From an uncultured beta proteobacterium (GTDB lineage: Bacteria; Pseudomonadota; Gammaproteobacteria; Burkholderiales; JAEUMW01), in NCBI GenBank assembly GCA_963747225.1, contig CAVVES010000018.1, positions 257,346 to 321,345 on the forward strand: DNA of 64,000 nt. The letters run 5' to 3'. Under the pieces are notes generated by a model. It was not told the origin of the DNA. It worked only from the letters and a program-made list of their open reading frames with translations, and searched no databases. A program made the position numbers and the translations under genes. Position 1 is the first letter of the stretch; each line of letters begins with the position of its first letter. This document shows positions 29,290-41,359 of this stretch, one piece after another.

Positions 29290-30906
29290 ATGTCCTTCGT
29301 GAATTACCTCATCCGACTGCTCGCCCTCGCACTGCTGTCGCTGCCGGTGACCGTCCGCGCGGCGCTTCCCCCCGAGGTCGTCCACGCGATCGCGTTCGGC
29401 GACAGCGAAGAGAAGGTCGATGCGGTGAACAAGCTCGTCGTCGCGGGCGACCCGGCGGCGGCGCTGCCCTTTCTTCAGGCACTCAATGACGGCGCGGTGC
29501 AGACCGCCGACGGGAAGCGCGTCTTCATCATCGCCAACGGCGCTGCAACCGACGCTGCGACCGGCGCGGCTGTCACTCCCGCACCCGAGAACCTGGAAGA
29601 CGTGATCGTCAACAACCGTGTGCGGCGCGACCTCGCGCGGGCAATCGCGAGCCTGCGGCTCTTCTCGCCGGAGAAGTCCGTCCGCCTGGAGGCGGCCAAG
29701 GAACTGCAGAGCGGCGCGGATGAAACCGCTCTGCCCCTCGTCACCAAGGCGATTGAGAAGGAATCGGACGCCGAGGTCCGCGCCCTGCTGGTGCTCACCC
29801 AGGCGACGCTCCAGTTGCAGATGAAGGACCCATCGGTTCGGCTCGCTGCCGTCAAGGCCCTGGCGGTGAGCACCAACCCGAACACCAGGATTCTTCTGCT
29901 CGGTGTGCTCGAGAAGAAGGGCGGCGAGTATGTCGAGCCGGATGTCGGAGTGCGCGCCGAGGCGGAGCGTTCGCTGCGCGAAGTGGAGGCACGGCTGTCG
30001 CGCGGCGAACTGATCGGCCGCGTGTTCAGCGGCATCAGCCTGGGCAGCATCCTGCTGCTCGCAGCCCTCGGCCTCGCGATCACCTACGGCTTGATGGGCG
30101 TCATCAACATGGCTCACGGCGAGCTGATCATGATCGGCGCGTACGCGACCTACGTGGTACAGAACCTGTTTCGCAGCTATCTCCCCGTAGCATTCGACTG
30201 GTACTTGTGCGTAGCGCTGCCGATGTCCTTTCTCGCCGCCGCATTCGTAGGTATGGCGCTCGAGCGCAGTGTGATCCGGCACCTGTATGGCCGGCCCCTC
30301 GAGACCCTGCTCGCAACCTGGGGCATCAGCCTCATCCTGATCCAGACGGTGCGTTCGATCTTCGGTGCGCAGAACGTGGCCGTGGAGAATCCGGCGTGGC
30401 TGTCGGGTGGCGTGCAGTTGCTCGGCAATCTCGTGTTGCCCTACAACCGCATCGCCATCATCTTCTTCTCCGCGATCGTGCTGCTCCTGGTCTGGCTGGT
30501 GCTCACCCGCACCCGCCTCGGACTCTTCGTGCGCGGCGTGACACAGAATCGCGCGATGGCGGGATGCGTCGGCGTTCCCACCGCGCGCATCGACACGTAC
30601 GCCTTCGGTCTCGGCTCCGGACTCGCCGGACTCGCGGGCTGCGCGCTGTCCCAGATCGGCAACGTGGGGCCTGATCTCGGTCAGGCCTACATCGTCGATT
30701 CGTTCATGGTGGTGGTGCTGGGTGGCGTCGGTCAGCTTGCCGGGACGGTGTATGCGGCGCTCGGACTCGGCATCGTGAACAAGTTTCTCGAAGCGTGGTC
30801 GGGGGCGGTGCTCGCGAAGATCGCGGTGCTCGTCTTCATCATCGTCTTCATCCAGAAGCGGCCGCAGGGACTCTTCGCCCTGAAGGGCCGCGCCGCCGAC
30901 GCGTGA
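29290..30906 (+). CDS. urtB: urea ABC transporter permease UrtB (with long N-terminal extracytoplasmic extension)
   Basis: 538 aa. The C-terminal approx 300 aa is a LivH-type permease (INMAHGELIMIGAY). Confidence 0.85.
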   Translation: MSFVNYLIRLLALALLSLPVTVRAALPPEVVHAIAFGDSEEKVDAVNKLVVAGDPAAALPFLQALNDGAVQTADGKRVFIIANGAATDAATGAAVTPAPENLEDVIVNNRVRRDLARAIASLRLFSPEKSVRLEAAKELQSGADETALPLVTKAIEKESDAEVRALLVLTQATLQLQMKDPSVRLAAVKALAVSTNPNTRILLLGVLEKKGGEYVEPDVGVRAEAERSLREVEARLSRGELIGRVFSGISLGSILLLAALGLAITYGLMGVINMAHGELIMIGAYATYVVQNLFRSYLPVAFDWYLCVALPMSFLAAAFVGMALERSVIRHLYGRPLETLLATWGISLILIQTVRSIFGAQNVAVENPAWLSGGVQLLGNLVLPYNRIAIIFFSAIVLLLVWLVLTRTRLGLFVRGVTQNRAMAGCVGVPTARIDTYAFGLGSGLAGLAGCALSQIGNVGPDLGQAYIVDSFMVVVLGGVGQLAGTVYAALGLGIVNKFLEAWSGAVLAKIAVLVFIIVFIQKRPQGLFALKGRAADA

Positions 30907-30907
30907 C

Positions 30908-32017
30908 ATGAGTCCACAGTCAACTGCCCCTTCGCGCTTCGCGGGTCTCTACGGACCCCAGGGCTGGACCGCGCTTCTTGCCGCCGCGGCAGTGCTCCTG
31001 ATCCTGTTCCCTGTCCTCAACCTGCTAGTGCCGACGGAAAGTCCGTTCCACGTGTCCGATTACGTGGTCACTCTCGTCGGCAAGATCATGTGCTACGCGA
31101 TCGTGGCCCTCGCGATGGACCTGATCTGGGGCTATGCGGGAATTCTCAGCCTTGGGCACGGAGTCTTCTTCGCGCTCGGTGGCTACGCGATGGGCATGTA
31201 CCTGATGCGCTCCATTGGCCGTGAGGGCGTCTACCAGAGCGAGCTGCCCGACTTCATGGTGTTCCTGGACTGGAAGGAATACCCCTGGTACTGGATGGGG
31301 ACCGACCACTTCTGGTACGCAGCGCTGCTCGTGGTGCTGGTGCCGGGACTGCTCGCATACGTCTTCGGCTATTTCGCGTTCCGCTCGCGTATCAAGGGCG
31401 TGTACTTCTCCATCATCACGCAGGCGATGACGTTCGCCTTCATGCTGCTTTTCTTCCGTAACGACACGGGCTTCGGCGGCAACAACGGCTTCACCGATTT
31501 CAAGCGCATCCTCGGCTTCACGATCGCCACCCCGCACACGCGCATGGCGCTCTTCACCATCACCGCAAGCGTGCTACTCGCAACGCTGCTCGGCGCGCGC
31601 TTTATCGTCACATCGAAGCTCGGGCGCGTGCTGACCGCTATCCGCGACGCGGAGACCCGGGTGATGTTCTCCGGGTACGACCCGCGCAGCTACAAACTGT
31701 TCGTCTGGACCCTGTCCGCGGTGATCTGCGGCATCGCCGGCGCCCTGTACGTGCCCCAGGTCGGCATCATCAACCCGAGTGAGATGTCGCCGGCCAATTC
31801 AATCGAGATCGCCATCTGGGTTGCGGTCGGCGGGCGCGGCACGCTCCTCGGCGCGCTCGCGGGTGCCGGCATCGTGAATTTCGCGAAGAGCTGGTTCACG
31901 GTGGCGTTTCCCGAGTACTGGCTCTTTTTCCTCGGATTGCTCTTCATCGTCGTGACCGTGTTCCTGCCGCAAGGCATCGTGGGTCTTTTCACACGCCGGC
32001 GCGAGAAAGCGACATGA
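30908..32017 (+). CDS. urtC: urea ABC transporter permease UrtC
   Basis: 369 aa LivM-type permease, GILSLGHGVFFALGGY. Confidence 0.85.
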   Translation: MSPQSTAPSRFAGLYGPQGWTALLAAAAVLLILFPVLNLLVPTESPFHVSDYVVTLVGKIMCYAIVALAMDLIWGYAGILSLGHGVFFALGGYAMGMYLMRSIGREGVYQSELPDFMVFLDWKEYPWYWMGTDHFWYAALLVVLVPGLLAYVFGYFAFRSRIKGVYFSIITQAMTFAFMLLFFRNDTGFGGNNGFTDFKRILGFTIATPHTRMALFTITASVLLATLLGARFIVTSKLGRVLTAIRDAETRVMFSGYDPRSYKLFVWTLSAVICGIAGALYVPQVGIINPSEMSPANSIEIAIWVAVGGRGTLLGALAGAGIVNFAKSWFTVAFPEYWLFFLGLLFIVVTVFLPQGIVGLFTRRREKAT

Positions 32018-32844
32018 ACGCCATCGACGATGCCTTCGACGGAGGGATCCAAGCAGGCCGGCCCGGGTACGGTCGAGCGGTCACGCCGGGAGAGGTGGAC
32101 CTCTCCCACGGCACCATCCTCTATCTCGACGACATCACGGTCAGCTTCGACGGCTTCAAGGCCCTCAACAACCTCAACCTCACCATCGACGACGGCGAGC
32201 TGCGCTGCGTGATCGGCCCGAATGGCGCCGGTAAGACGACGATGATGGACGTGATCACGGGGAAGACGCGACCGGACGCCGGGCGCGCGTTCTTCGGCCA
32301 GACGATCGACCTCACGCGCCTGTCGGAGCCGCAGATCGCCCACGCAGGCATCGGGCGGAAGTTCCAGAAGCCCACCGTGTTCGAACGCCACAGCGTGTTT
32401 GAGAACCTCGAGCTTTCGCTGAAAACCGACAAGAGCGTGCATGCCAGCCTGTTCGCGGTGCTCGATGACGAGCAGCGGGATCGCATCGCCGCGACGCTGA
32501 AGCGCGTGCACCTTTCCGAATCCGCGGACCGCCAAGCCGGCCTCCTTTCCCACGGACAGAAACAGTGGCTGGAGATCGGGATGCTGCTCATGCAGGAGCC
32601 GAAGCTGCTGCTGCTGGACGAGCCGGTCGCCGGCATGACCGACGAGGAGACCGAGCGCACCGCCGACCTGTGCCTCGCGCTCGCCGGCACGCATTCGGTC
32701 GTCGTGGTCGAGCACGACATGGAGTTCGTCGGTCGCATCGCGCGCAAGGTGACGGTGTTGTGTGAGGGAAGCGTACTCGCGGAAGGCACGCTCGAGACGG
32801 TCCAGGCCGACCCGCGGGTGATCGAGGTCTACCTGGGCAGGTAG
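32014..32844 (+). CDS. urtD: urea ABC transporter ATP-binding protein UrtD
   Basis: GPNGAGKTT Walker A, LSHGQKQWLEIG signature, LLLLDEP Walker B. Confidence 0.9.
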   Translation: MNAIDDAFDGGIQAGRPGYGRAVTPGEVDLSHGTILYLDDITVSFDGFKALNNLNLTIDDGELRCVIGPNGAGKTTMMDVITGKTRPDAGRAFFGQTIDLTRLSEPQIAHAGIGRKFQKPTVFERHSVFENLELSLKTDKSVHASLFAVLDDEQRDRIAATLKRVHLSESADRQAGLLSHGQKQWLEIGMLLMQEPKLLLLDEPVAGMTDEETERTADLCLALAGTHSVVVVEHDMEFVGRIARKVTVLCEGSVLAEGTLETVQADPRVIEVYLGR

Positions 32845-32861
32845 CGAAAGGCAGACGTGAA

Positions 32862-33554
32862 ATGCTGAGAGTCGAGAGCCTGAACCAGTACTACGGCGGC
32901 AGCCACATCCTGCGCGACGTGAACGTCGAGATCGCGCCGGGCGCGTGCACGACATTGCTCGGCCGCAACGGCGTCGGCAAGACGACCCTCCTGCGCTGCC
33001 TCATGGGTCTGCTGCCGATCGCCTCCGGCAGCGTCCGCTTCGAAGGTGCCGACATCACCACCCTGTCGCCGCACCAGCGCGCGGCGCTCGGCATTGGTTA
33101 CGTGCCCCAGGGGCGCGAGATCTTTCCGCGGCTCACGGTCGAGGAAAATCTGCTGATGGGGCTCGCGACGAAGAAGCGCGGCGATCCGATTCCTGGCGAC
33201 GTGTTCGAAATGTTCCCGGTGCTGAAGGAGATGCTGCATCGGCGCGGCGGCGACCTTTCCGGCGGACAGCAGCAGCAGCTCGCGATCTCCCGCGCGCTGG
33301 TGATGCGTCCCAAGGTGCTCATCCTCGACGAACCCACCGAAGGCATCCAGCCCTCTATCATCAAGAACATCGAGCGGGTGATCCGCGGCCTCCTCGCGCG
33401 CGGCACCATGGCGATCCTGCTGGTCGAGCAGTACTACGACTTCGCCCGGGCGCTCGCCGATCACTATGTGGTGATGTCGCGGGGACAGGTAGTGAAGAGC
33501 GGACGCGGCGCCGACATGGACGCCGAGAACGTGCGCAGCTACGTCGCCGTCTGA
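32862..33554 (+). CDS. urtE: urea ABC transporter ATP-binding protein UrtE
   Basis: GRNGVGKTT, LSGGQQQQLAISRAL, ILILDEP. Confidence 0.9.
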   Translation: MLRVESLNQYYGGSHILRDVNVEIAPGACTTLLGRNGVGKTTLLRCLMGLLPIASGSVRFEGADITTLSPHQRAALGIGYVPQGREIFPRLTVEENLLMGLATKKRGDPIPGDVFEMFPVLKEMLHRRGGDLSGGQQQQLAISRALVMRPKVLILDEPTEGIQPSIIKNIERVIRGLLARGTMAILLVEQYYDFARALADHYVVMSRGQVVKSGRGADMDAENVRSYVAV

Positions 33555-33636
33555 TTGACCCGGCCGATCGGCCACGCTATGGTTCACGGCGGCCTCAGTG
33601 CTGCCCAAGCTGGAAATCCGCCGGACCACCACGGTC

Positions 33637-33939
33637 ATGGAACTCACACCGCGAGAGAAAGACAAGCTGCTGCTCTTCACTGCCGGGCTCCTTGCCGAGC
33701 GCCGCAAGGCGAAGGGTCTCAGGCTAAACTATCCGGAGGCCGTCGCGTTCATCAGCGCCGCCATCCTGGAAGGTGCGCGCGAAGGCAGGACGGTCGCGGA
33801 GCTCATGAGCTTCGGCGCCACGCTGCTCGGTCGCGGTGACGTCATGGAAGGCGTGCCGGAGATGATCCCCGAGATCCAGGTCGAAGCGACATTTCCCGAC
33901 GGCACCAAGCTCGTCACCGTGCATCAGCCCATCGTTTGA
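33637..33939 (+). CDS. ureA: urease gamma subunit
   Basis: [37 protein letters not shown]...TVHQPIV (100 aa). Internal ATG of ORF 33598..33939. Confidence 0.9.
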   Translation: MELTPREKDKLLLFTAGLLAERRKAKGLRLNYPEAVAFISAAILEGAREGRTVAELMSFGATLLGRGDVMEGVPEMIPEIQVEATFPDGTKLVTVHQPIV

Positions 33940-34931
33940 GCGGAAGACTTCCCTTGCCGGTCACGCTGCAGAGTTTCCTGAGCCTGGGTCCCGATGGATT
34001 TCATCGCGTCGCCTATACCGATTGGGGCGAGACGTCCAATCCGCACGTGGTGCTGTGCGTGCATGGCCTCGCCCGCAACAGCCGCGACTTCGACTATCTG
34101 GCGGAAGTGCTCGCGCGGGATTGCCGTGTGGTGTGCATGGACGTGGTCGGCCGTGGCGACAGCGACCGCCTGGAGGACAAGTCCTGCTATCGCTTCTCGA
34201 CCTATCTCTCCGATGCCGCGGCGCTGGTCGCGCGCATCACGACACCGATCCGCTCGAGTTTTCTCACGGGCCTGCAGGCGCGGCTGTCGGGCCGCAGTCA
34301 GGCGACGAAGCTGGACTGGGTCGGCACCTCCATGGGGGGACTCATTGGGATGCTGCTCGCAGCGAAGCGCGGCTCGCCGATCCGCCGCCTGGTGCTCAAC
34401 GATGTCGGGCCGTTCGTGCCGTGGAACGCGCTGGTCCGGCTGAAAGGCCACGTCGGAAACACCGGTGCTTTCGCCTCCGCGGACGAAGTCGAGCAATACG
34501 TGCGCGAAGCCTGTGCGAGCTTCGGACCGCTGACTGATGAGCACTGGCGCCATCTCGCGCAACACAGCGCGCGCCAGGAAGAAGACGGCACTTTCGTCCT
34601 GCGCTACGATCCGGCGATCAGCCAGGGACTGCCCCCGCATCTCGATCCGGAGCTGCCCATGGGACTGGAAGTCCTGCGCGGCATCGACCTCTGGAGCGTG
34701 TGGGATGCGGTGCAATGCCCGGTGCTGGTGCTGCGAGGTGCCGAATCGAACGTGCTGCCCCGCGAGACCGTGGAAGAAATGCAGGAGCGCAAGAAGAACG
34801 TGCAGGTGGTGGAATTCGCCGGGGTCGGCCATGTGCCGGCGCTGGTCGATGACGAGCAGATTTCGGTGGTGCGCAATTTCCTCCTCGCAGACGACGCCGA
34901 GGAACCGATGATGGCCGGAGAGGCGACATGA
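33936..34931 (+). CDS. alpha/beta-fold hydrolase embedded between ureA and ureB
   Basis: 331 aa, [14 protein letters not shown] (oxyanion HG), nucleophile elbow GTSMGG, C-terminal GVGHVP. TTG start overlaps the ureA stop and its stop overlaps the ureB ATG (ATGA). Confidence 0.7.
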   Translation: MSGRLPLPVTLQSFLSLGPDGFHRVAYTDWGETSNPHVVLCVHGLARNSRDFDYLAEVLARDCRVVCMDVVGRGDSDRLEDKSCYRFSTYLSDAAALVARITTPIRSSFLTGLQARLSGRSQATKLDWVGTSMGGLIGMLLAAKRGSPIRRLVLNDVGPFVPWNALVRLKGHVGNTGAFASADEVEQYVREACASFGPLTDEHWRHLAQHSARQEEDGTFVLRYDPAISQGLPPHLDPELPMGLEVLRGIDLWSVWDAVQCPVLVLRGAESNVLPRETVEEMQERKKNVQVVEFAGVGHVPALVDDEQISVVRNFLLADDAEEPMMAGEAT

Positions 34932-35235
34932 TTCCCGGCGAAATCGAGACCGCCTCCGGCGAGATCGAGCTGAATGTCGGCCGCGATACGTTGACGCTGA
35001 CCGTGGCGAACACCGGAGACCGGCCGATCCAGGTCGGCTCTCACTACCACTTCTTCGAGACGAACGATGCGCTGCAGTTCGATCGCGCGGCGGCTTACGG
35101 CCGCAGGCTCAACATTGCGTCCGGCACCGCAGTGCGGTTCGAGCCAGGCCAGGCGCGCACGATCGAGCTCGTCGCACTCGCAGGCGAGCGCGTCGTGTAC
35201 GGTTTCAACGCCAGGGTCATGGGAAAGCTGAAACC

Positions 35236-35239
<4 letters not shown>
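34928..35239 (+). CDS. ureB: urease beta subunit
   Basis: [20 protein letters not shown]...[16 protein letters not shown]. Confidence 0.9.
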
Positions 35240-36940
<1,701 letters not shown>

Positions 36941-36942
36941 CG

Positions 36943-37443
36943 ATGCTGGTGGTCCGCGAGCGCATGGAGCACACCTCGGCGCCGGAGGCCGTCGAGCTGA
37001 AGCTTCCCTTCGAACTGCGTCAGAAGAGTCGCCTGCGCACGGCGCTCGAAGGCGGTGAGGATGTCGCACTTCTGCTGCCACGCGGCACGGTGCTGCGCGG
37101 CGGCGACTGCCTGCGCGCCGACGACGGCCGTCTCGTGCGCGTCGTGGCGCAATCCGAGCGGGTGATGCAGGTGACTTGCGACGATCCGGTAGCGCTTGCC
37201 CGGGCCGCTTACCATCTTGGCAACCGCCACGTGGCTGTCCAGCTCGGCGCAGGATGGCTGCGACTCGCCGAGGACCCCGTCCTGCGCGAGATGTTGCTGC
37301 AGATGGCTGCGCAGGTCGTGACGATCGACGCGCCGTTCGAGCCCGAGGCGGGCGCCTATGGCGGCCGTGGACATGTGCACGAACCGGGCGAGCGCCCGGG
37401 CTTCATCCACGAGTACTTCCAGCGCCCGCCGCACACCGCGTGA
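36943..37443 (+). CDS. ureE: urease accessory protein UreE
   Basis: Internal ATG of ORF 36685..37443, 3 nt after the ureC stop. LPFELRQKSRLR..., AYHLGNRHV. Confidence 0.75.
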   Translation: MLVVRERMEHTSAPEAVELKLPFELRQKSRLRTALEGGEDVALLLPRGTVLRGGDCLRADDGRLVRVVAQSERVMQVTCDDPVALARAAYHLGNRHVAVQLGAGWLRLAEDPVLREMLLQMAAQVVTIDAPFEPEAGAYGGRGHVHEPGERPGFIHEYFQRPPHTA

Positions 37444-38147
37444 GCCCCGCCGAAGCAACCTTGTCCATCACGCCGGGCGCGTTCACCCGCCTGCTGCGCC
37501 TTGCGAGTCCGACCTTGCCGGTCGGCGCCTACAGCTATTCGCAGGGGCTGGAGTGGGCGGTGGAGTCTGGTGAAGTCCGCGATGTGGCAAGCGCGCGAAC
37601 CTGGATCGAGGACGCGCTGCGTTTCAGCATGGCGCGCTTCGAAGCGCCGCTGTGGTGGCGTTTCTACCACGCCTGGCGCGCGTCCGATCACGCCGCCGTC
37701 CTGCGCTGGAACGATTGCTTTCTCGCTGCCCGCGAAACCGCGGAACTCCATGCCGAGACCATTCAGATGGGCTATTCCCTGCGACGTCTGCTGGCAGAGC
37801 TTGGTGAATTCAGCGCAGCGGACCGCACACCTCTCGACGAAATCGAGCAGCCGTCCTATCCTGCCGTGGCCGCGTTCGCCGCTGCTGCGTGGCGTATTCC
37901 CCCGGCGGCTGCGCTGCTCGCCTACGGCTGGTCGTGGGTCGAGAACCAAGTGCTGGCAGCCATGAAATTGGTCCCGCTCGGCCAGGTCGCGGGGCAGCAG
38001 TTGCTGACGGCGCTCATGCCGGCCCTGCAAAGCGCGATGGAAACAGCCTCGACCACCGAGGACGAAGCGCTCTCGAATTTCGCGCCCGGACTCGCGCTCG
38101 CGAGCAGCTTGCACGAAACCCAGTACACCAGGCTCTTCCGCTCATGA
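37440..38147 (+). CDS. ureF: urease accessory protein UreF
   Basis: GTG start overlapping the ureE stop (GTGA). [25 protein letters not shown]. Confidence 0.8.
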   Translation: MSPAEATLSITPGAFTRLLRLASPTLPVGAYSYSQGLEWAVESGEVRDVASARTWIEDALRFSMARFEAPLWWRFYHAWRASDHAAVLRWNDCFLAARETAELHAETIQMGYSLRRLLAELGEFSAADRTPLDEIEQPSYPAVAAFAAAAWRIPPAAALLAYGWSWVENQVLAAMKLVPLGQVAGQQLLTALMPALQSAMETASTTEDEALSNFAPGLALASSLHETQYTRLFRS

Positions 38148-38779
38148 TCGAAAAGCAGCCCCTGCGCGTTGGAATCGGCGGGCCGGTGGGCTCGGGCAAG
38201 ACCGCGCTCACCCTCTCCCTGTGCCGGTACCTCCGGGACCACTATGAACTCGCGGTCGTCACCAACGACATCTACACAGAAGAGGACGCCCAGTTCCTTG
38301 TGCGCAACGAAGCGCTGCCGCCGGAGCGCATCATCGGCGTGGAGACCGGCGGCTGTCCGCACACGGCGATCCGCGAAGACGCGTCGATCAATCTGGAGGC
38401 GGTGGCACGGCTGAATCGCCGGTTTCCGGCGCTCGACATCGTCTTCGTCGAAAGCGGCGGGGACAATCTCGCCGCGACCTTCAGCCCGGAGTTGTCGGAC
38501 CTCACCCTCTATGTGATCGATGTTGCTGCGGGCGACAAGATCCCCCGCAAGGGCGGGCCCGGAATCACCAAGTCCGATCTCCTCATCATCAACAAGATCG
38601 ATCTCGCGCCCCTCGTCGGTGCGTCGCTGGAAGTCATGGATCGGGACGCGCGCAAGATGCGCGGCGAGCGGCCCTTCGTATTCACCAACCTGAAGACCGG
38701 GCAGGGCATCGGTGATATCGTTCGGTTCATCGAGAAGCGCGGCCTGCTCGCCCTGGCGGGCGGTCGGGTGCCGACCTGA
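38144..38779 (+). CDS. ureG: urease accessory GTPase UreG
   Basis: [22 protein letters not shown]..., ESGGDNL, NKIDLAP. ATGA overlap with ureF. Confidence 0.9.
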   Translation: MIEKQPLRVGIGGPVGSGKTALTLSLCRYLRDHYELAVVTNDIYTEEDAQFLVRNEALPPERIIGVETGGCPHTAIREDASINLEAVARLNRRFPALDIVFVESGGDNLAATFSPELSDLTLYVIDVAAGDKIPRKGGPGITKSDLLIINKIDLAPLVGASLEVMDRDARKMRGERPFVFTNLKTGQGIGDIVRFIEKRGLLALAGGRVPT

Positions 38780-38787
38780 GCACCGCG

Positions 38788-39210
38788 TTGGCCGGTTCCA
38801 CGCCGTCAATCCAAGAGGGAGAGTTCGAGATGCAGCGAAGCCAAGTCCTGCGCACCTGGCAGGAGCCGGCGCCCGAGGCGTCGGCGACGCCACCACGCGT
38901 TCAATGGTCCCCCGTGCGCGAAGCCGAGCGCCTGGTCGAACGACACGAGAAACTGCTCGCGCTGGAATATTCGCGGGCAGGCTGGAAGACCGCTCAGATG
39001 GTGGAAGAGCGGATGCACGCGATCGCGGATCGTCTGCTCACGGCGTCGACCGAATATCCGTCGCTGCGCGCCCTGTTGGACCGGCGGGACCTGCTGCCCG
39101 CTTTCGACCTGGGAGGGAACCCCGACCTCGCGGCAGTAGTCATCATCTTCAATTACTTCGAGGTTCTGCGGCACCCCGCGGACCCCCGTCGCGCAGCGGC
39201 GTCCCCATAA
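38788..39210 (+). CDS. hypothetical protein directly downstream of ureG
   Basis: 140-aa ORF starting 8 nt after ureG. No recognisable motif; coding status unproven. Confidence 0.3.
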   Translation: MAGSTPSIQEGEFEMQRSQVLRTWQEPAPEASATPPRVQWSPVREAERLVERHEKLLALEYSRAGWKTAQMVEERMHAIADRLLTASTEYPSLRALLDRRDLLPAFDLGGNPDLAAVVIIFNYFEVLRHPADPRRAAASP

Positions 39211-39394
39211 GTCCGCACGCGGCGCAGCACGGCCGGCGTCCATGCCCCGCTGCCTGGAAAATCGAAGTGCAAGCCGGCCGGAAGTGAATAGGCCCTACCG
39301 CTTAGGCATATGACCTTTTTTTGGTCTGAATCTTAGCTAATGTGACGGGTGAAGTTTCGTGGTCCCGAGGGATCGCTTTCGCACAGGGGGAATC

Positions 39395-40287
39395 ATGTCT
39401 ACGTCTGTCTTCTCGGGGTGGGTCCGCTCCGCACTCACCGTTTCCGCAACAGTAGCGCTCGCCTCATGCTCGAACATGCAGACGGGCTCGCAGGATGCCA
39501 AGACAGTCGCGACCGGCTCCGCCGGTGGCGCCAACGCGCAGAACGCCAACAGCGCACTCGAGAAATGCCCGACGCCGCTCGGCACGATGGCCGTGGTCGA
39601 GGATCAGGGCGCCTCCTGGTATGGAATATTGACCGGCCAGATGCACCTCGGCTCCACGACCCCGGTTCTGAAGCTGCTCGTGCAGCAGTCGAACTGCTTC
39701 ATGGTGGTGGAACGCGGCCGCGCCATGAACAACATGATGCAGGAACGCGCGCTCCAGGAGTCGGGTGAGCTGCGCCAGCAGTCCAATTTCGGCAGGGGGC
39801 AGCTGGTCTCGGCGGATTACTCCATGAGCCCGTCGATCACCTTCAGCCAGAACGACGCCGGCGGCCTCGGCGCGAGCCTGGGCCACCTCCCAGGTTGGGC
39901 TGGCGTGATCGGAGGGGTTGCCGGCAGCATGAGATTCAAGGAGGCCAGCACGATGCTGACCCTGGTCGACAACCGATCCGGCGTGCAGGTGGCTGCGGCG
40001 GAAGGCAGCGCGAAGAACACGGACTTCGGCGCCATGGGCAGCATCTTCACCGGCGGGCTCAGCGCGGCGGGCGGCGGCTACGCCAACACCGCCGAGGGGA
40101 AAGTGATCGTCGCCGCGTTTACGGATTCATACAATAACCTGGTACGGCCGCGCGGAACTACCGGCCGCAGACCATCCAGGGCGGACCGGGTACCGGAGGC
40201 GCGCTCGGCGTCCAAGGTTCCGATCCTGTAAAACAGCCAACCCCTGCCCCGACGACGAGCAAGAAGAAGAAGGCATCGCAGCAGTAA
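39395..40287 (+). pseudogene. CsgG/HfaB-like lipoprotein with a -1 frame change near 40150
   Basis: Lipobox ALASC. Core LGTMAVVEDQG...NCFMVVERG...MQERAL...LVSADYSMSPSITF. After SYNNLV the sensible continuation (NYRPQTIQGGPGTGGALGVQG...KKKKASQQ*) is in the -1 frame, ending at 40287. Confidence 0.5.
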
Positions 40288-40389
40288 CTCCTTCGCTGCG
40301 GCCATGATTGGGGGGCGCACCGCCGCCCCTCGTTTCGTTTTCGTGTTCCCTGGCCGCATTGGCCCACGAGCTTCTAGACAGGGCGAAGC

Positions 40390-40920
40390 ATGACTAACAG
40401 TCGCAGCAGGTTCAGTCCTTCGTTTCTGTCCATCGCAATGAGTCTGGTGATCGGTACGATCGCGACGAGCGCGGCCATTGCCCAGACGGCGATGGCCGCA
40501 TCCCGGTCATCGACGAGCAGCAAATGGATCGAGCGCGGGCGTTATCTCGCAAAGATTGCGGGATGCAACGACTGCCACACGCCGGGATACATGGTAATGA
40601 GCGGCAAGGTGCCGGAGGCGCAGTGGCTGACCGGTGACTCGTTCGGCTGGCGCGGGCCGTGGGGGACGACCTACGCCATCAATCTGCGCCTCTATATGCA
40701 AACGCTCACGGAGGAAGAGTGGCTGAAGAAGGCGACGACTCTCGAGTCACGGCCCCCGATGCCGTGGTACGTGTTCCGCGAGATGACGAAGGATGATCTG
40801 CGCGCGCTCTATCGGTACATTAGGTACCTGGGTCCCGCGGGCACCGCGGCACCGGCTTACCTGCCTCCAGACCAGGAGCCGAAGCCGCCCTACGCTACAT
40901 TCCCGGCTCCGCCGAAATGA
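40390..40920 (+). CDS. monohaem c-type cytochrome
   Basis: 176 aa, signal/anchor segment, single CNDCH haem motif. Confidence 0.7.
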   Translation: MTNSRSRFSPSFLSIAMSLVIGTIATSAAIAQTAMAASRSSTSSKWIERGRYLAKIAGCNDCHTPGYMVMSGKVPEAQWLTGDSFGWRGPWGTTYAINLRLYMQTLTEEEWLKKATTLESRPPMPWYVFREMTKDDLRALYRYIRYLGPAGTAAPAYLPPDQEPKPPYATFPAPPK

Positions 40921-40981
40921 CCCGAGCAAACCTCGGTCATTCGCACGCGACCTCGCTGGCATACCGCATCACACCCTCCCT

Positions 40982-41359
40982 TTAGAAGATCAGCGTTGCC
41001 CATTCGGGATCGAGCGCGCGACCGAGGAATGCCGCTACGCCGGCGATGCCGGTGACTTCCGGTATGAGCATCCCCCGGTCCACCGCGTGCGCATCCAGCG
41101 CGTCGCTGCATGCGAAAAACCTCGCCCCGAAGCGACGGGCTTCTTGCATGTGGCGGTAGATGCTCATCTGGCGATCGACGCCTGCGTACAGCTTGTCGGC
41201 TACGCCCCGCGCCAAGAGCAACACCGACCGACTCGAAAAGTGGATTTCGACTTCGACGTCCATTGCCGCCGCTGCCGCAGCATGAAAAAAGGGCGTCGCG
41301 CACAGGTGTGGCGCTTCGGGACTGACCGCCCAGAGCAGAACGGCGAGGTGGTTTTTCAT
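40982..41359 (-). CDS. DsrE/DsrF-like family protein
   Basis: 126 aa from the internal ATG (MKNHLAVLLWAVSPEAP...). Conserved-looking Cys in RFFACSDAL. ATGA-type overlap with the upstream GcvH-like gene. Confidence 0.6.
   Translation of the reverse strand: MKNHLAVLLWAVSPEAPHLCATPFFHAAAAAAMDVEVEIHFSSRSVLLLARGVADKLYAGVDRQMSIYRHMQEARRFGARFFACSDALDAHAVDRGMLIPEVTGIAGVAAFLGRALDPEWATLIF

Noticed and set aside
29290-30000. Unusual approx 230-aa N-terminal extension of UrtB as a novel fusion
   Set aside because: As far as I recall, long N-terminal extracytoplasmic extensions are common in UrtB of proteobacteria. Nothing here suggests a new domain.
27570-30909. Two long minus-strand ORFs (567 and 553 aa) across urtA/urtB
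   Set aside because: They are antisense to unmistakable urtA and urtB genes, with low-complexity Arg/His/Gly-rich translations.
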